Shown piece after piece: positions 13,036 through 25,967 of a stretch of 64,000 bases of DNA (positions within the stretch are counted from its first letter, which is position 1; each line of letters starts with the position of its first letter). Origin of the DNA: Squalus acanthias (taxonomy: Eukaryota); NCBI GenBank assembly GCA_030390025.1, contig CM059432.1, forward strand, positions 75,456,001 through 75,520,000, given 5' to 3'. The notes below the pieces were generated by a model. That model ran no database searches and was not told the origin of the DNA. It saw nothing but the letters and a program-made list of their open reading frames with translations. Position numbers and translations under genes: made by a program.

Positions 13036-13939
13036 TCAAGATTAAAATTCCGGCCATTGATTCTGAATTTCTGTGGGCAGATTAATTGGTGGTGGGACCT
13101 ATAATAATGACTGCACACTTGTTGATCTGATTGGTTGTTACTGACAACCTACTATCCCAGTAGAAAAAGCTGACTTTGCTTGTGAAATGCTGAGAAGTTG
13201 CCGCATGGATTGAAACGCAACTGTCAGCTTAAGATCCAGAACTGATGAGACATAGAATTAGGTGAGTGGTGGCAGTCATCACTATGAGGTGACATGATGA
13301 AATTGAATGCAGTGCGATGAATTTGCTTGTGAATTTACCATTAGGATATACTCACATAAATCCAAATTGACACTGACATGAAGCATATGCTAGTTTAGCA
13401 TACATAATTCTGAAATGCAGCACAACCATGTCAGCAGTGTAAATGACAGCTGGGACCATCAGCCATGTTTCAAATACTCAAGGTGAAATTGCTGCACTAC
13501 TCTGTATACTGGGTCTGCTCCTGAAAGGAAAGCAACCCAGCTGATAAACATTTATACTTGCGCTGAGGAACAGATGTCAACAAGGCAGTGTCAAGTATAG
13601 CTGATATCATCAAAAAGACATCATCATTGCCAGAAAATCTGACTAATTGCTGGGATAGAAATTTCAGTTAGAAACTGGGAAACCACATACAGTGCGTTCC
13701 CGGCAGAATAACACCAGACAAAACCAAACTTTTCAGTGGTGCATTTTATATTTGTTTTTCAGATTTTCAATGTACAGTGCAGCATAGATGACGTCAAACT
13801 AATGTACAAAAATGCATAAACATATTCAGAGAAATACCTAAAACAAGATGAATTACTCAAAGGTATCAGTTGACATCTTGCAATAGAAATGACAGTATTA
13901 GGTAGGTAGGTGTCACCAATATCCCAATAATAATAGATA

Positions 13940-14732
13940 ATCAAGGGGCTATAGGGAGGGAGGAACTTAAAACAATCTCTATCACTAGAGAAAAAGAACT
14001 AGGCAAACTAATGGAGCTAAAGGCTGACAAGTTCCCTGGACCTGATGGCCTACATCCTCAGGTCTTAAAAGAAGTGGCTGCAGAGATAGTGAATGCGTTG
14101 GTTGTAATCTATCAAAATTCCCTGGGTTCTGGTGAGGTCCTAGCGGATTGGAAAACCACAAATGTAACGCCACTATTCAAGAAAGGAGGGAGACAGAAAG
14201 CAGGAAACTATAGGCCAGTTAGCCTAACATCTGTCATTGGGAAAATGCTGGAATCCATTATTAAGGAGGTAATAGCAGGACATTTAGAAAATCATAAGAC
14301 AATCAAGCAGAGTCAACATGGTTTTATGAAAGAGAAATCATGTTTGACAAATTTGCTAGAGTTCTTTGAGGATGTAACAAACAGGGTGGATAAAGGGGAA
14401 CCAGTAGATGTAGTGTATTTGGATTTCCAGAAGGCATTTGATAAGGTGCCACATAAAAGGTTACTGCACAAGATAAGAGTGCACGGGGTTGGGCATAATA
14501 TATTGGCATGGATAGCGGATTGGCTAACTAACAGAAAACAGAGAGTCGGGATAAATGGGTCATTTTCCCATTGGCAATCAGTAACTAGTGGGGTGCCACA
14601 GGGATCAGTGCTGGGGCCTCAACTATTTACAATCTATATTAATGACTTGGATGAAGGGATCGAGTGTACTGTAGCCAAATCTGCTGATGATACAAAGATA
14701 GGTGGGTTAGTAAGTTGTGAGGACGACACAAA
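13940..14732 (+). mobile_element. CR1 LINE RT fragment (open for about 240 codons)
   Basis: ORF 14011: [41 protein letters not shown]. Confidence 0.93.
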
Positions 14733-15484
14733 GGGCTCGATTTTGCCTGGCCCGAGGAGGCGGGATTGAGGCGTGTGAGGTGTTAAAATTGCAAAAAATG
14801 GTTTGTGGGCCCGATCCTGCCTCCATCCCGCCTCCGAGCAAGTTTCCCAGAATTGGGGTTTCAGACTCCGTTTCCAACCCGCCTCCAAGAGGCAGGATAG
14901 TCCCTTAAGGCCCTTAACAACCACTTAATTGCCTCTATAATCCCATTTTGAGATGCCTTTCTGATTTTTAGACATTTCCCCCATCCTACACGCCTCCTCT
15001 GGAACATGCCAGGTAATCCTGGCGGCCTCACAAGTGGATTGCTTAGTAACAGCTGCAGCGGCACCATTAAAAAGGAGTTTTCAGCAATCATCATTTGCAG
15101 GTGGCAGAACTTTGTTGTCTCAGGTCTGGGGGAACTTTTAGCAGGCCTACTCATTGTTGTGGAAGTTTGGAGCCTGGGACCCATCTTTAGTGTGACCTCC
15201 TGGGAAACCCCTCTCCCCACCTTGACTGAGCGCTTCCTCAACTGAGGTATATAGCAGAAGCATGGGAACCATTTATTTCCTCTCCTCCTGGACATCAGAT
15301 TCGGACGAAGACCAGCCGCGGCAGCAGCAGAATCCTGAACAATAGCAGCACCAACAGCAGGAGCAACAACAGGAGCACCAAGCTGCTGCTCACCCACCTG
15401 AAACTGCACAGGCCAGAAGGCGCCAGAGCGCGACCACATTGCTGCCCAGGATGCAAGGGACGCACTCATGTTGGCCAGATTGAA
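14733..15484. mobile_element. Harbinger-like element fragment related to 5238-6014
   Basis: Starts GGGCTCGATTTT; shares CCGCCTCCAAGAGGC..GCCCTT(T)AACAA; second TIR not seen. Confidence 0.6.
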
Positions 15485-15730
15485 GCGTACAAAATTATTA
15501 CAGGGCTTGATAGGGTGGATGCTGGGAGAATGTTTCCCTTGGCAGGGGAGTCTAGAACCAGGGGCTACAGCCTCAGGATAAAGGATAGGCCATTCAGGAC
15601 TGAGATGAGAAGAAATTTCTTCACACAGAGGGTGGTGAATCTTTGGAATTCTCTACCCCAGAGGGCTGTGGAGGCTCAGTCATTGGGTATATTCAAAACA
15701 GAAGTCGATAGATTTCTGACTAGTAAGGGC
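15485..15730 (+). mobile_element. CR1 ORF2 C-terminal fragment
   Basis: ESRTRGYSLRI..RRNFFTQRVVNLWNSLP. Confidence 0.85.
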
Positions 15731-15799
15731 TAGTAAAGCCACCAACATTCATCTCATGGGTCAGCCCCACTTCAGAGCTAGCAAGTGGCTTGACAGCAC

Positions 15800-16449
15800 C
15801 TGGTTAAGGTGGTTAAGAAGGCATATGGGATACTTGCCTTCATTAGCCGAGGCATAGAATATAAGAGCAGGAAGGTTATGATGGAGCTGTACAAAACGCT
15901 AGTTAGGCCACAGCTGGAATACTGTGTGCAGTTCTGGTCGCCACACTATAGGAGGGATGTGATTGCATTGGAGAGGGTGCAGAGGAGATTCACCAGGATG
16001 TTACCTGGGCTGGAGCGTTTCAGCTATGAAGAGGGACTGGACAGGCTGGGGTTGTTTTCCTCGGAGCAGAGAAGGCTGAGGGGGGCCCTGATTGAGGTGT
16101 ACCAAATTATGAGGGGCATAGACAGGGTAGATAGAAATGAACTTTTCCCCTTAGTAGAGGGGTCAATAACCAGGGGGCATAGTTTCAAGGTAAGGGGCAG
16201 GAGGTTTAGTGGGGATTTGAGGAAAAACTTTTTCACCCAGAGGGTGGTTGGAATCTGGAACTCACTGCCTGAAAGGGTGGTAGAGGCAGGAACCCTCACA
16301 ACATTCAAGAAGCATTTAGATGAGCACTTGAAATGCCATAGCATACAAGGCTACGGACCAAGTGCTGGAAAATGGGATTAGGATAGGGCTTGATGGCCGG
16401 CGCAGACACGATGGGCCGAAGGGCCTGTCTCTGTGCTGTATAACTCTAT
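15800..16449 (+). mobile_element. Young CR1 3' fragment; (CTCTATGA)n tail split by a MITE
   Basis: ORF 15809-16381 intact CR1 C-terminus; near-identical to 44290-44740; tail resumes at 17344. Confidence 0.92.
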
Positions 16450-17343
16450 GGGGGAAAAATTCAGTTGGTTGCGCCTCCTATTAGTGCCTTAAGAGGGCGC
16501 TAATGGGGCGCAAAGCATCTAGCGCCCAGGCGCGGCGAAGTTTGCGCTGCTCGTGAAATTAACTAGACATTTTGCGGCGGCGCTAAATACTACCGCCACG
16601 ATCTCCTGCGCCGGCAGATCGTGACGTCAGTCGAGTGCGCAACGCCCCGGTATCGCCCCGGAGCGGATATTGAGTGGCACCCCCTGCCTTACCGCCTGAC
16701 GCTAGCAACGACAGTTTGAGTGGAGCGTTCTGCAGTCATGAAGGGAAAGGGGGAGCGCTATTTAAAGGTGACCGCTTCCTGCCTTTTATTGTTGGTGCCA
16801 TTTTTGAACTACGCATTCTGAGAGAGAGAGAGAGAGACTTCTGAGAGAGTTTCAACGTTGTGTGAAGGAGTTTTGGGTACTGAGTAGCACTTTGCAGGTT
16901 CATTTTGATTTGCCATTCCTTGTATCGATTTAGAAGAGGCTGTGGGGGCTGCAGTCTGAGCTCTTTGCCTGGTACTCTCCATTGTTCTTTCCAGCAGATT
17001 TGATGTGCAGGTCTCTCCAGGCCGAGATTCAAGGCTGCAATTAGTAGGATGTGGATGGAAAGTGAGATTAACCATCCCCTTTAAGAACTGGCCCATGCCA
17101 TTGTGTGTGTGTTCCATTGCTGACTGACATTACATGAGCTTCGCCAGCGCTCTGAGGTAGCGCCTCGCTCCTCGGCCTTTGCGCCTTAAGACAGGTGTGA
17201 AGCGCCTGATTTAGTGCTCCAATCACCTCCAGGGGTGATAAAAGTCAAGTTTGCAGTCGGTGGCGATAATTAGTGCCAGGCGCTAATCTTTGCGCCCGGC
17301 CGATAATTGCGCCCCAAATGGGGCGATACTGAATTTCTCCCCC
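16450..17343 (+). mobile_element. Harbinger-type MITE, 894 bp, copy 1
   Basis: TIR GGGGGAAAAATTCAGT/ACTGAATTTCTCCCCC; TSD TAT; colinear with 28727 and 48528 copies. Confidence 0.93.
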
Positions 17344-17356
17344 TATGACTCTATGA

Positions 17357-18929
17357 CACCTTGCTGTACTTCAGGGGGGCCATGAGGACCTGTTTCTGCA
17401 CTGGAAGTCCTACTCCAGAGGACTTCCATGAAGGTCTGGTTTCTATGCTCATTAGCTGACCATCGCTCCTCAAGAGATGTCATTCTATTCTGAACAATGA
17501 CCATGTTTTCAAGACCCTGGAGACTAAGCTCCTCCATGGCCGTAGCCATCCTCTCCTCTACGGTAGCCATCCTTACCACAGAGTTAGCCATCCTTTCCAC
17601 GGAGGTTGCCATCCTTTCCGCGGTGATGTGTTCATGCGCCAATGCCTCCACAAAGGCTCTGCTCATGTTCGCGATGGACTCCTCCATTCGCTCCACACTC
17701 GCAGCGACCCTGGAGACAAAACCTGCCAGAGACTCCTGCACCTGTTCCTGGAGTTCCAGCACTGCTCTCCTTCTGGATGGACCCGGAGGCACAGCTGGCA
17801 GAGTCCTGCGCCCTCCGACGAGGACTCTCCACTGCTGTCCCTGTCTCCACCATCTGCTGATGCTCACTTGTGAGCTGTGATACACCAGGTGCCAACACTA
17901 CTCTATCTCGCGAAGATCCCACCGAGGTGTGAGTGTCTGCGCTGGTGCTGGGTGCGCTGAATTCTGCTGACGCTGCACCCTCAGAGGTTGCAGCTTCCTC
18001 TGGGGAGTCTGGAAGCTCAGGCTCTTCCTCCTGGACAGTGGGGATGGGGGCTCTCGATGGTCCTGTGGGGGAGTAATTGAAAGAGTTAGAGATGTGAGGT
18101 CAAGGTTACATGCACATTGAATAGTGCAGATGATCATAAGTCAATCTGTTAGAGCATCAGATTCATTATCAGTGACTCATGCAATGTCAATGAGAGAGAT
18201 GCTAAACTATTCTGTCACCAGCTTGCTGTGATGTGCCCATCTGTCCGTCCCCCACTTGGGAATCCTCCTTGATCCTGACGATTTTCAGGGCTGCCTCCTC
18301 CCAGGCGGTGAGCTGGGCTACTGAGGGTGGCCCTCCTCCTATCATGGCTCTTTCCCTCTTATTGTGGGCTTGCTTTCCTGCAATGAGGGACACAAGTGGA
18401 GTTTGAGTGAGAATGAAGGAGTGAGTGTAGTGAATGCATAGCGTAGATGCTTAGAAGGAGACAAAGGGCCCTACCTGTGTGTTGTAAGTTGTTGTTGCAT
18501 CACAGTGATAGGGAGTGTGAGGGCTGCATGGTCGAATGGTTAAGTGACTGTGACCATAGGGAGAGAGGCAATGGGTAAGGGTGCAGGGATGTAAGTGTCA
18601 AGTGGGATTTGGAGGAAGAGGTTAACAAAGCAGAGTGCTGGTGAGGAGAGGCGATGGGGATCAGATTGAGGGAGATGGGAAAGTCATACTCACTTTTCCT
18701 GTGCGGAGAAGGTCATGAAACCTCTTCCTGCATTGCAGCCAGGTTCTGCGGCTCATATGGAGTTGACCTCCTGGGCCACTTGCAGCCACACAGCTTTAGT
18801 CTGCTGGGGTGGCTTTTTTCTCCCTGAGGAAGGGAAGAGCACCTCCTTATTCGATCTTGCTCCCTCCACCAGAGCTTGGAGGGAGGCCTCATCGAAGCGT
18901 GGAGCACACTTTTGCCTGCTGGTGGACAT
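17357..18929 (-). pseudogene. Three-exon Harbinger Myb/SANT-like gene (MSANTD/NAIF1-like), frameshifted and 3'-truncated
   Basis: Exon 1 18929-18694 (APRFDEASLQALVEG..KEVLFP..W..VAQEVN / RRTWLQCRKRFHDL; donor GTGAGT); exon 2 18377-18219 (HNKRERAMIGGGPP..LTAWEE); exon 3 from 18062 (acceptor CCCCCACAG) with coiled coil ERMATSVERMANSV. Confidence 0.8.
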
Positions 18930-19094
18930 AGTCGATCAATGAATTCCTTACTACAATCACCATACATTTTGCTGTCTCCAGAAGAAGCAAGGCTGCTTGC
19001 AGGCCTTAAATCCAGCAAAGATTATTGTCCATCCCGAGCAGCAGCAGCAGTGACAACAGTAGCCAGGAGTCCAGGAACAGAGCTTTGGAGGGGA

Positions 19095-19460
19095 AAGTGA
19101 CTTGCACCTCTGTAGCACCTTTCACATCCTCAAATTCTTCACACCAATTCATTACTTTTTGAAGTTCAGTCAGTGTTGTTATGTAGACATATGTTGTAGA
19201 CAGAAAGGTTCCACATAGTGTAAATGAGATAAATGACCAAATCATTTGCTTTTTTGATAATGTTGGTTCAGAGATAAATGTTGGTCCGGACATGAGGAGA
19301 ACTCCCCTGCCTTTCTTCCTCATCCACATGAGAAGGCAGGCCTTGGTTTTATGCCTTTTCCGAAAGGTGGCACCTCTGACGGTAGTCTAGATTATGTTCT
19401 CAAATCCTGGAGTGGAGCTTGAAACCATGAACGTCAAACTCAGTGGTGAGACTGCTACAT
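19095..19460 (-). mobile_element. Deu-domain tRNA SINE (diverged)
   Basis: Colinear with 41130-41610 from tail (GACTTGCA..TAGCACCTTTCAC) to B-box region. Confidence 0.7.
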
Positions 19461-20014
19461 GCCAAACTATAAAAAGCAGAAAAGCTGACGAACAGCTTCT
19501 AAAACACTGACGCAGCCTTAAAACAGATGATACAGCCCCAAAAGGCTGAAAACTAAAAAAAAACATACAACTGAAAACACAGCTCCAAATAAAGTACTAA
19601 GACCAAGGAAAATGCTTCGAGGTGACTAAATGAGTTCACAAGATTAAAAGATAATTAATGCTGAGGAAAGCCATTCGGCCATCTTAGCTCACTCATCGTT
19701 ACAGCATTTAATTGATTATAAAATGATTCCTGAGTTTTCGCCTCAACTACTCTATCCAGGACTCTATTCCATGTGTAGATCATTCTTTGTGTGGAGAAGA
19801 ACTTCATGATATCAGTCCTAAATTAAAATTTTAACCTATGGCCCCTTGCCCGACTCGTGTAATTAATTTAAAGTCATTTTCTGGATTTACCTTTTCTGTG
19901 CAGTTCCATATCTTCTATATTTTGTAATATCAACTCTCAAATGCTTCCTCTGTAAGCTGAAAAGCCCAAGTTTATCCACTCTTTCCTTATAACTCAGACC
20001 TCTAATACTAAGGG

Positions 20015-21412
20015 TCAAGCACAAAGGAAGATGGTTGTGGTGGTTGAAGGCCAATCATCACAGCCCCAGGACATCGCTGCAGGAGTTCCTCAGGGCAGTG
20101 TCCTAGGCCCAACCATCTTCAGCTGCTTCATCAATGACCTTCCCTCCAACATAAGGTCAGAAATGGGGATGTTCGCTGATGATTGCACAGTGTTCAGCGC
20201 CATTCACAACTCCTCAGATAATGAAGCAGTCCATGCCCGCATGCAACAAGACCTGGACGACGTTCAGGTTTGGGCTGATAAGTGGCAGGTAACATTCGCA
20301 CCACAGAAGTGCCAGGCAATGACAATCTCCAACAAGCAAAAGTCTAATCACCTCCCCTTGACATTCAACGGCATTACCATCGCCGAATCCCCCACCATCA
20401 ACATCCTGGGGGGGTCACCATTGACCAGAAACTTAACTGGACCAGCCACATAAATACTATGGCAACAAGAGCAGGTCAGAGGCTAAGTATTCTGTGGCGA
20501 GTGTCTCACCTCCTGACTCCCCAAAGCCTTTCCACCATCTACAAGGCACAAGTAAGGAGTGTGATGGAATACTCTCCACTTGCCTGGATGAGTGCAGCTG
20601 CAACAACACTCAAGAAGCTCGACACCATCCAGGACAAAGCAGCCCGTTTGATTGGCACCCCATCCAGCACCTTAAACATTCACTCCCTCCACCACCGGCG
20701 TACCGTGGCTGCAGTGTGTACCATCTGCAAGATGCACTGCAGCAACTCGCCAAGGCTTCTTCGTCAGCACCTCCCAAACCTGCAACCTCTTCCACCTAGA
20801 AGGACAAGGCCAGCAGCCGCATGGGAACACCACCACCTCCAAGTTCCCCTCCAAGTCACACACCATCCTGACTTAGAAGTACAGGAAACTTTCGTTTATC
20901 CGGCACCCTAATATCCGGAATTCTCGCTTAACCGGCAAAAATCAGGTAAGTTTTATTATCCAGACAAGACCCCGATTCTGACCTTTCGCCCCCACGAAAG
21001 GGGGGTCAACGTTCTTCCGACTCCGACCTGTCGCCGCCACGGAGGAAAAAGCCGGAGTCTCGTTTACCTTCCCTCTCCGGGTCCCAATTGTTCAGCCTGT
21101 GGCCGTGTACGGGGCTCTCGTACCTTGGTAAGTATACCTCTCTGTAATCCGGCACTTTCGATCAACCGGCACCACGCCGGTCCCGTCGGTGCCGGATAAA
21201 CGAAAGTTTCCTGTATATCACTGTTCCTTCATCGTCGCTGGGTCAAAATCCTGGAACTCCCTCCCTAACAGCACTGTGGGAGTACCTTCACCACACGGAC
21301 TGCAGCAGTTCAAGAAGGTGGCTCACCACAATCTTCTTGAAGGCAATTAGGGATGGGCAATAAATGATGGCCTTGCCAGCGACGCCCAGATCCCATTAGC
21401 GAATAAAAAAAA
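20015..21412 (+). mobile_element. 5'-truncated CR1-group LINE of a different family (Zenon/Crack-like) with short poly(A) tail
   Basis: [50 protein letters not shown]; ends GAATAAAAAAAA. Confidence 0.85.
20882..21213 (-). mobile_element. Tc1/mariner MITE, 332 bp, same ends as 8080-8504
   Basis: Same 24-bp TIR; TA TSD at 20880-81 and 21214-15. Confidence 0.9.
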
Positions 21413-21791
21413 GTTTATGACTTTTCTCTGTATTACCTCCAAAGCTTGAATGTCTCCCTTGTGTCTCAGTGACCAGAACTGGACACAGTACTCAAGATAT
21501 GGTTTGCCAGAGCATTATATTTCCTCTGGCTTATAGTCTCCTGCTTTGGCTATGTAATTTAAACATTCAATTGCCTTTGTTGATTGCAGTTCTGTATTGG
21601 CTAGGACATGTTAAGTGTCGAGCCTACCAAGGCTCCCAGGACTTTTTTCAACTTCATCTGTAGCTTTTCAATCTTTTCATTTCACCTACGTTGCTTATTT
21701 GAGGTCAATAATCATTTTTGATCTGTGAGGTTGTCTATTTATCCATTTTTTTCTCCACAACCTTTTATGCTGCAAATTCTTAAAGGACTCT

Positions 21792-21939
21792 GGGAGAAAT
21801 TTTCAACTTTGCCACCTGGGAGGTAACCTGACGGAACGTAACACCTGCCCGGCCAATTTTCCTTTCATGGAATAAAGATTGGGAGGGCAATCTGCTCTGC
21901 CCGGTTACTGTCCAGACAGTGAAGTTGAAAATTACTCCC
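21792..21939. mobile_element. Small palindromic MITE
   Basis: TIR GGGAGAAATTTTCAACTT / AAGTTGAAAATTACTCCC. Confidence 0.7.
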
Positions 21940-22541
21940 ATATGGATTAGCACAGCACACGTACCTGTGATCCATTGTATTAGAATCTAAGATAATAACA
22001 TTGCCAATGTATTAGTTTCACTTTTTAATTTCAGTATTTTCTATCTGATACCTGCATTTCTTTACCTCCTGCCACCCCCAACCTTTTCAGGTCTGTCTGT
22101 ATCATGTGCTATTCGTTGGTTGAGAGGTAGGCAGGTAGTATTTCTATCGAATACAGCAGTTTCCAGTTGCAGAAGATCTGATTCTGCCTGTATGTGTTAA
22201 CAGTGACTGTGATCTGTGCTCATCATGTTATCTTGGTCTTCTGCTTCATTTCTAAACTCCTCAAATCTTACAATTCATCAAAGATATAGTACGATTGTTT
22301 CATAAATATCGCTACTCAGCTCTTCTGCTTGTGACTGACATTACCCTGACATCTGCTAATTTTCCCTCTACCTAGCTAACAGATGAACAGGGGCTAAAAA
22401 TGCTGACATCTGTGAGAAAAGTGGACAGTTGGCATGTAAGAACTTTGCTCACAGGAGTAATGTCACATTATTACTGAATGCACAATGCTATATCTATGCT
22501 CTGTAGATATTACAAAATCAGTTAAGGGCAACAAGAAACAG

Positions 22542-24395
22542 AGGCCGGAATTTTCTGGGGTCTGTGTGGGCACGGTCGCAGGCGGATTGGGTGGGAAATT
22601 TGAAAAAAGTCGGAGCGGGTCAGGAACCCGCCGTCATCCCGTCCCCTCGTGCCTTTCCCTCGGGCGTGTTTGCCAGTGCGGCAGTGACCTGACCGGCAGA
22701 GGCGGGAGACCTAATTCAAATCATTATAAGCTTGTTGTCAGACACTTAAGAGACTTTTTCCCCCTACATTTCAAATTTCCCATGATGATCACGGGATTCA
22801 TGCAGCTCGGGAACCACGTCTGTCAACCTGAGGCGGGAGTTGAGTAGCCATTGCTCCAGCTGATTACTTGACAGCATCAAATGTACAGTAAAAGCTCCCA
22901 CCTCACAGATGATCACTTTCCTCAGACATAAGCAGTAGCTGACTACATTGCCAGCTCAGATTTAACTTTCTGCAGGCTGTAAGTGTTTCCAGCAAAGTCT
23001 CCATCCAGTCTCACCTCATTGGAAGAACCTCTCTCACCATTGACAGATTGCTTCTGCCAGCTCTACTTGACCTGCCATCTATTCCATCAACATAGGTGTA
23101 TTTATACTGTCTCACCTTGGTCCTCAGAATCAGACCACGATGAGCCCCAACAGCAGCAGCACCAGGCACACCAGCAGCACCAACAACAACACCATCAACC
23201 TTCTCCGCAACCGCCTGATGCTGCACAGGACAGAGGGCATCAGTGTCCGAGCACATTGCTGCCCGGGAGGCCAGGGATGATCTCATCATGTCCAGATTTA
23301 CTTCACTTTACGCTGTGCACCCATATGGCTGTCACATGCTGCGCCAGGTTGGCACCACCCCATAGCAACATCATAAAGGATCCCTACCATGACCAAGCCA
23401 TTCCTTTCACACTCACCACCATTGCTGGAGGTTCCATTATGTCTCACCAGTCACTGCAACTCACTAAGCCACTTCCAAAGGTGCACACAAATGTGTCCAA
23501 GACGGCAAAGTGGTGAAAATAAAGATTTTAATGCTTGACAATACATTAATGGAATCTTGCCATTAACATTGACTAAAACACCCAAGTGACTACCCTTGTG
23601 AATCTACTTGTGTGTCTTCTTTCTCTTCCACGTGCTTCTACGAGGTGCTACCCCTGTGGCTTCAGCAGAAGTAGAGGCAGGCTGCTCACTTCCCTGCTGT
23701 GACTGCTTAGACACTCTTGGCGGACGTCCTCTGGGTTTTGGAGCCTGTGAGGGCCCCGCCAAAGTCTGTCCCTCCTGAGACTGTGCAGGGGCAGACTCGC
23801 ACATCGCGATCCGAGGAGCCATCTGGGGCTCTGACTGAGGGGGTAGCAGTGGGGGAGAAGTGTTAGCGCTTTGAGAGGAGCCCACACTTCCCTCTCCTCT
23901 CTCGCTATCATCCCTCTCATGGGCCACCCGCATTTCCCTGCTAGGAAGGAGCTGGAGAGCACCTTGCTGTACATCAGTGGGGCCATGAGGACCCACGTCT
24001 ACCCTGACATCCCTCCTAGAGAGGAGGTCTATGAGCCTCTGCCATCTATTCTCCATACATAGCCATCTATTCTCCATAGAGACCATGTGCTCCTGTGAGT
24101 GGCACATTAGCTGCTCCATGCAGGTGGCCATCCTATCCATGGAAGAGCCTACAGTCACCATCGCTTACGACATGGTGGTGCTCATGTTGGAGATGGACTC
24201 CTCCATTCTCTGAACATTTGTAGACATCGCGCTCACAAAACCTGTCAGAGCCTCCTGCACTTCTTCCTGCACCTCCACGATCGCCCTCTTCCTGGATGGC
24301 CCCCGAGGTTCCGCGTCTGCATGCAGCTGAGCAGAGCTGGGAGCGTCCTGCGCCCTCAGGCGAGGAGTCCCCACTGCTGTCCCCGTCTCCACCAT
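22542..24395. mobile_element. Deleted Harbinger transposon: TIR end, probable transposase remnants (+), last exon of Myb gene (-)
   Basis: GGCCGGAATTTT start; Q/H-rich segment 23140-23240; AATAAA at about 23517; convergent ORFs 23604-24395 homologous to 17357-18062. Confidence 0.7.
23604..24395 (-). pseudogene. Terminal exon of Harbinger Myb/SANT partner protein (one internal stop)
   Basis: MVETGTAV..GPSRKRAI..ERMEESISNM-type segment homologous to 17343-17922 ORFs; coiled coil, KPRGRPPR, basic end RRSTWKRKKTHK*. Confidence 0.75.
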
Positions 24396-24742
24396 TGCAA
24401 AATTTTAAATGTAAACTTTTTTTACTTTTCCTTTCTGTCTCTTTTTTCTCTTATTCCAATCTTTCCCTTTCTTTATTTCTATTTCTGTACCTGATTTGAC
24501 ATTGAATTCACCCACTCTAATTTACACTTCCTTCTCAGTCCTTGTGCTGGTAATTTCACAATCCTTCAATTGGATTGGTTAAGGAGGTACATAGTTGCTT
24601 TCCCATTCGCTCAGGTCCTAGATACCCTGTTTCCCTTGCTGAGCTGTTATCAGCTCACATTTTCTGCAATTTGCCACGCAAAAAAAAATAAAAAAATGTA
24701 ATATCTAAATGTGAAAGGCAAGTCTAACTAACAGCAGACAAT

Positions 24743-25486
24743 GGCCCAAAAATTAGTGAGTGAGCCTTCGTGCGAGGGTAAGGCTTCCACGTGATCTCTC
24801 ACTGCGCGCTGGCTTTTTCAGTCCCAGCTCGCACGAACTTGATGTTCTGGACAGCAGCTGTGCAGAGCTTTCGTATCCCACAGGCGCAGTTAATTCGTGC
24901 GAGCTGTGGGATCACGTGACTCAGTTAGAGCCAATGGCAGCACACCATCTTTCATTCATAGCTTTCACAGCACGGCTGTGAAAGCTATGAATACTAGACA
25001 CCCCCAAAAGAACAGCTAAACCTCAATTAAATTTTTTTTAAAAACCATCACATTAATAAAATAAGTATAGTTAAATAAATTAACCATTTTAAACAAAAAA
25101 TTAAATTTTTGAAAAAATTTAAAATCTTTTAAAAAGTTATAAAAATAAACTTACCTGTCTTTGAAGTCTCTAAAAAAGATATACCTGTTAAAAAAAAATC
25201 AAAATAATACTTAATTAACTACTTACCTTGTTAAAAGAGGGTCTTACGCCTCCTTTCTTTATGTCTAAAATGTTCCATGCTTACCTGCGTGTTCAAAGCA
25301 CTAAGTGCACTGCGTGCGCGCAGCCTGTAGCGCGCACGCGGTTCACCTAGGAACCGCCCCCTTTTGAATTCACCAAGTGCCGGTTTTCAGCGCATGCGCA
25401 GTGCATGCAGAAAACCGGCAATTGGAGACAGAATACGCGAGAGTACACAGTGCGTACTCTCGCGTAGCGGCACTAATTTTTGGGCC
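24743..25486. mobile_element. Harbinger-type MITE with AT-rich core, 744 bp
   Basis: TIR GGCCCAAAAATTAGTG/CACTAATTTTTGGGCC; TSD AAT; related to 34603-35347. Confidence 0.88.
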
Positions 25487-25967
25487 AATGTTAGATTCAC
25501 TCCTACAGTAAATAATGGTTCATTGTTGCATTCACTGAATTAATACCGTAGGAAAAGATCTGAAGTGCTTTCAGAAACTGGATGTGTTGAAAGGTGATAG
25601 TTTATGTCAAATATGTTCATTTCAAAAACTCCTCATTAGATTACATTGATGTAAAGCTGTGGCTTCTAATTCGCTAGTTAACATTGGTGTTTACCTGCAG
25701 CCAGCACGATGCTACAGTGCCTTGAAACCACCACTTTGTGGAGGTGTTGTTCAGTATGGTTTCAGGAAGTGTAACTGGCTCCAGGGCCTATCGATTTGGC
25801 TGCAGCGCTTCACTCGCCACGTTTTGAACTCGAATAGTACAATATAGCATTAGCTGAATGGAAGGCCCCCAAAGATACCTGAATGTGGAGCCGGGAAGAG
25901 CAGGATGCTCCTCCCAACCCCACGTTAAAAGAACGCAGGCCACATCTCCGTCCCCCCAGCTACTGAC

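Larger units (their letters stand above)
19660..21650 (-). mobile_element. Highly decayed CR1 3' region hosting the 20015-21412 LINE
   Basis: GGCCATTCGGCC-like 3' UTR motif near 19670 and CCAGAACTGGACACAGTACTC (EYCVQFW) at 21473-21493. Confidence 0.55.

Noticed and set aside
16736..17117. ~100-aa ORFs recurring in the three MITE copies
   Set aside because: Similarity reflects recent copying; ORF ends differ between copies; no recognisable domain
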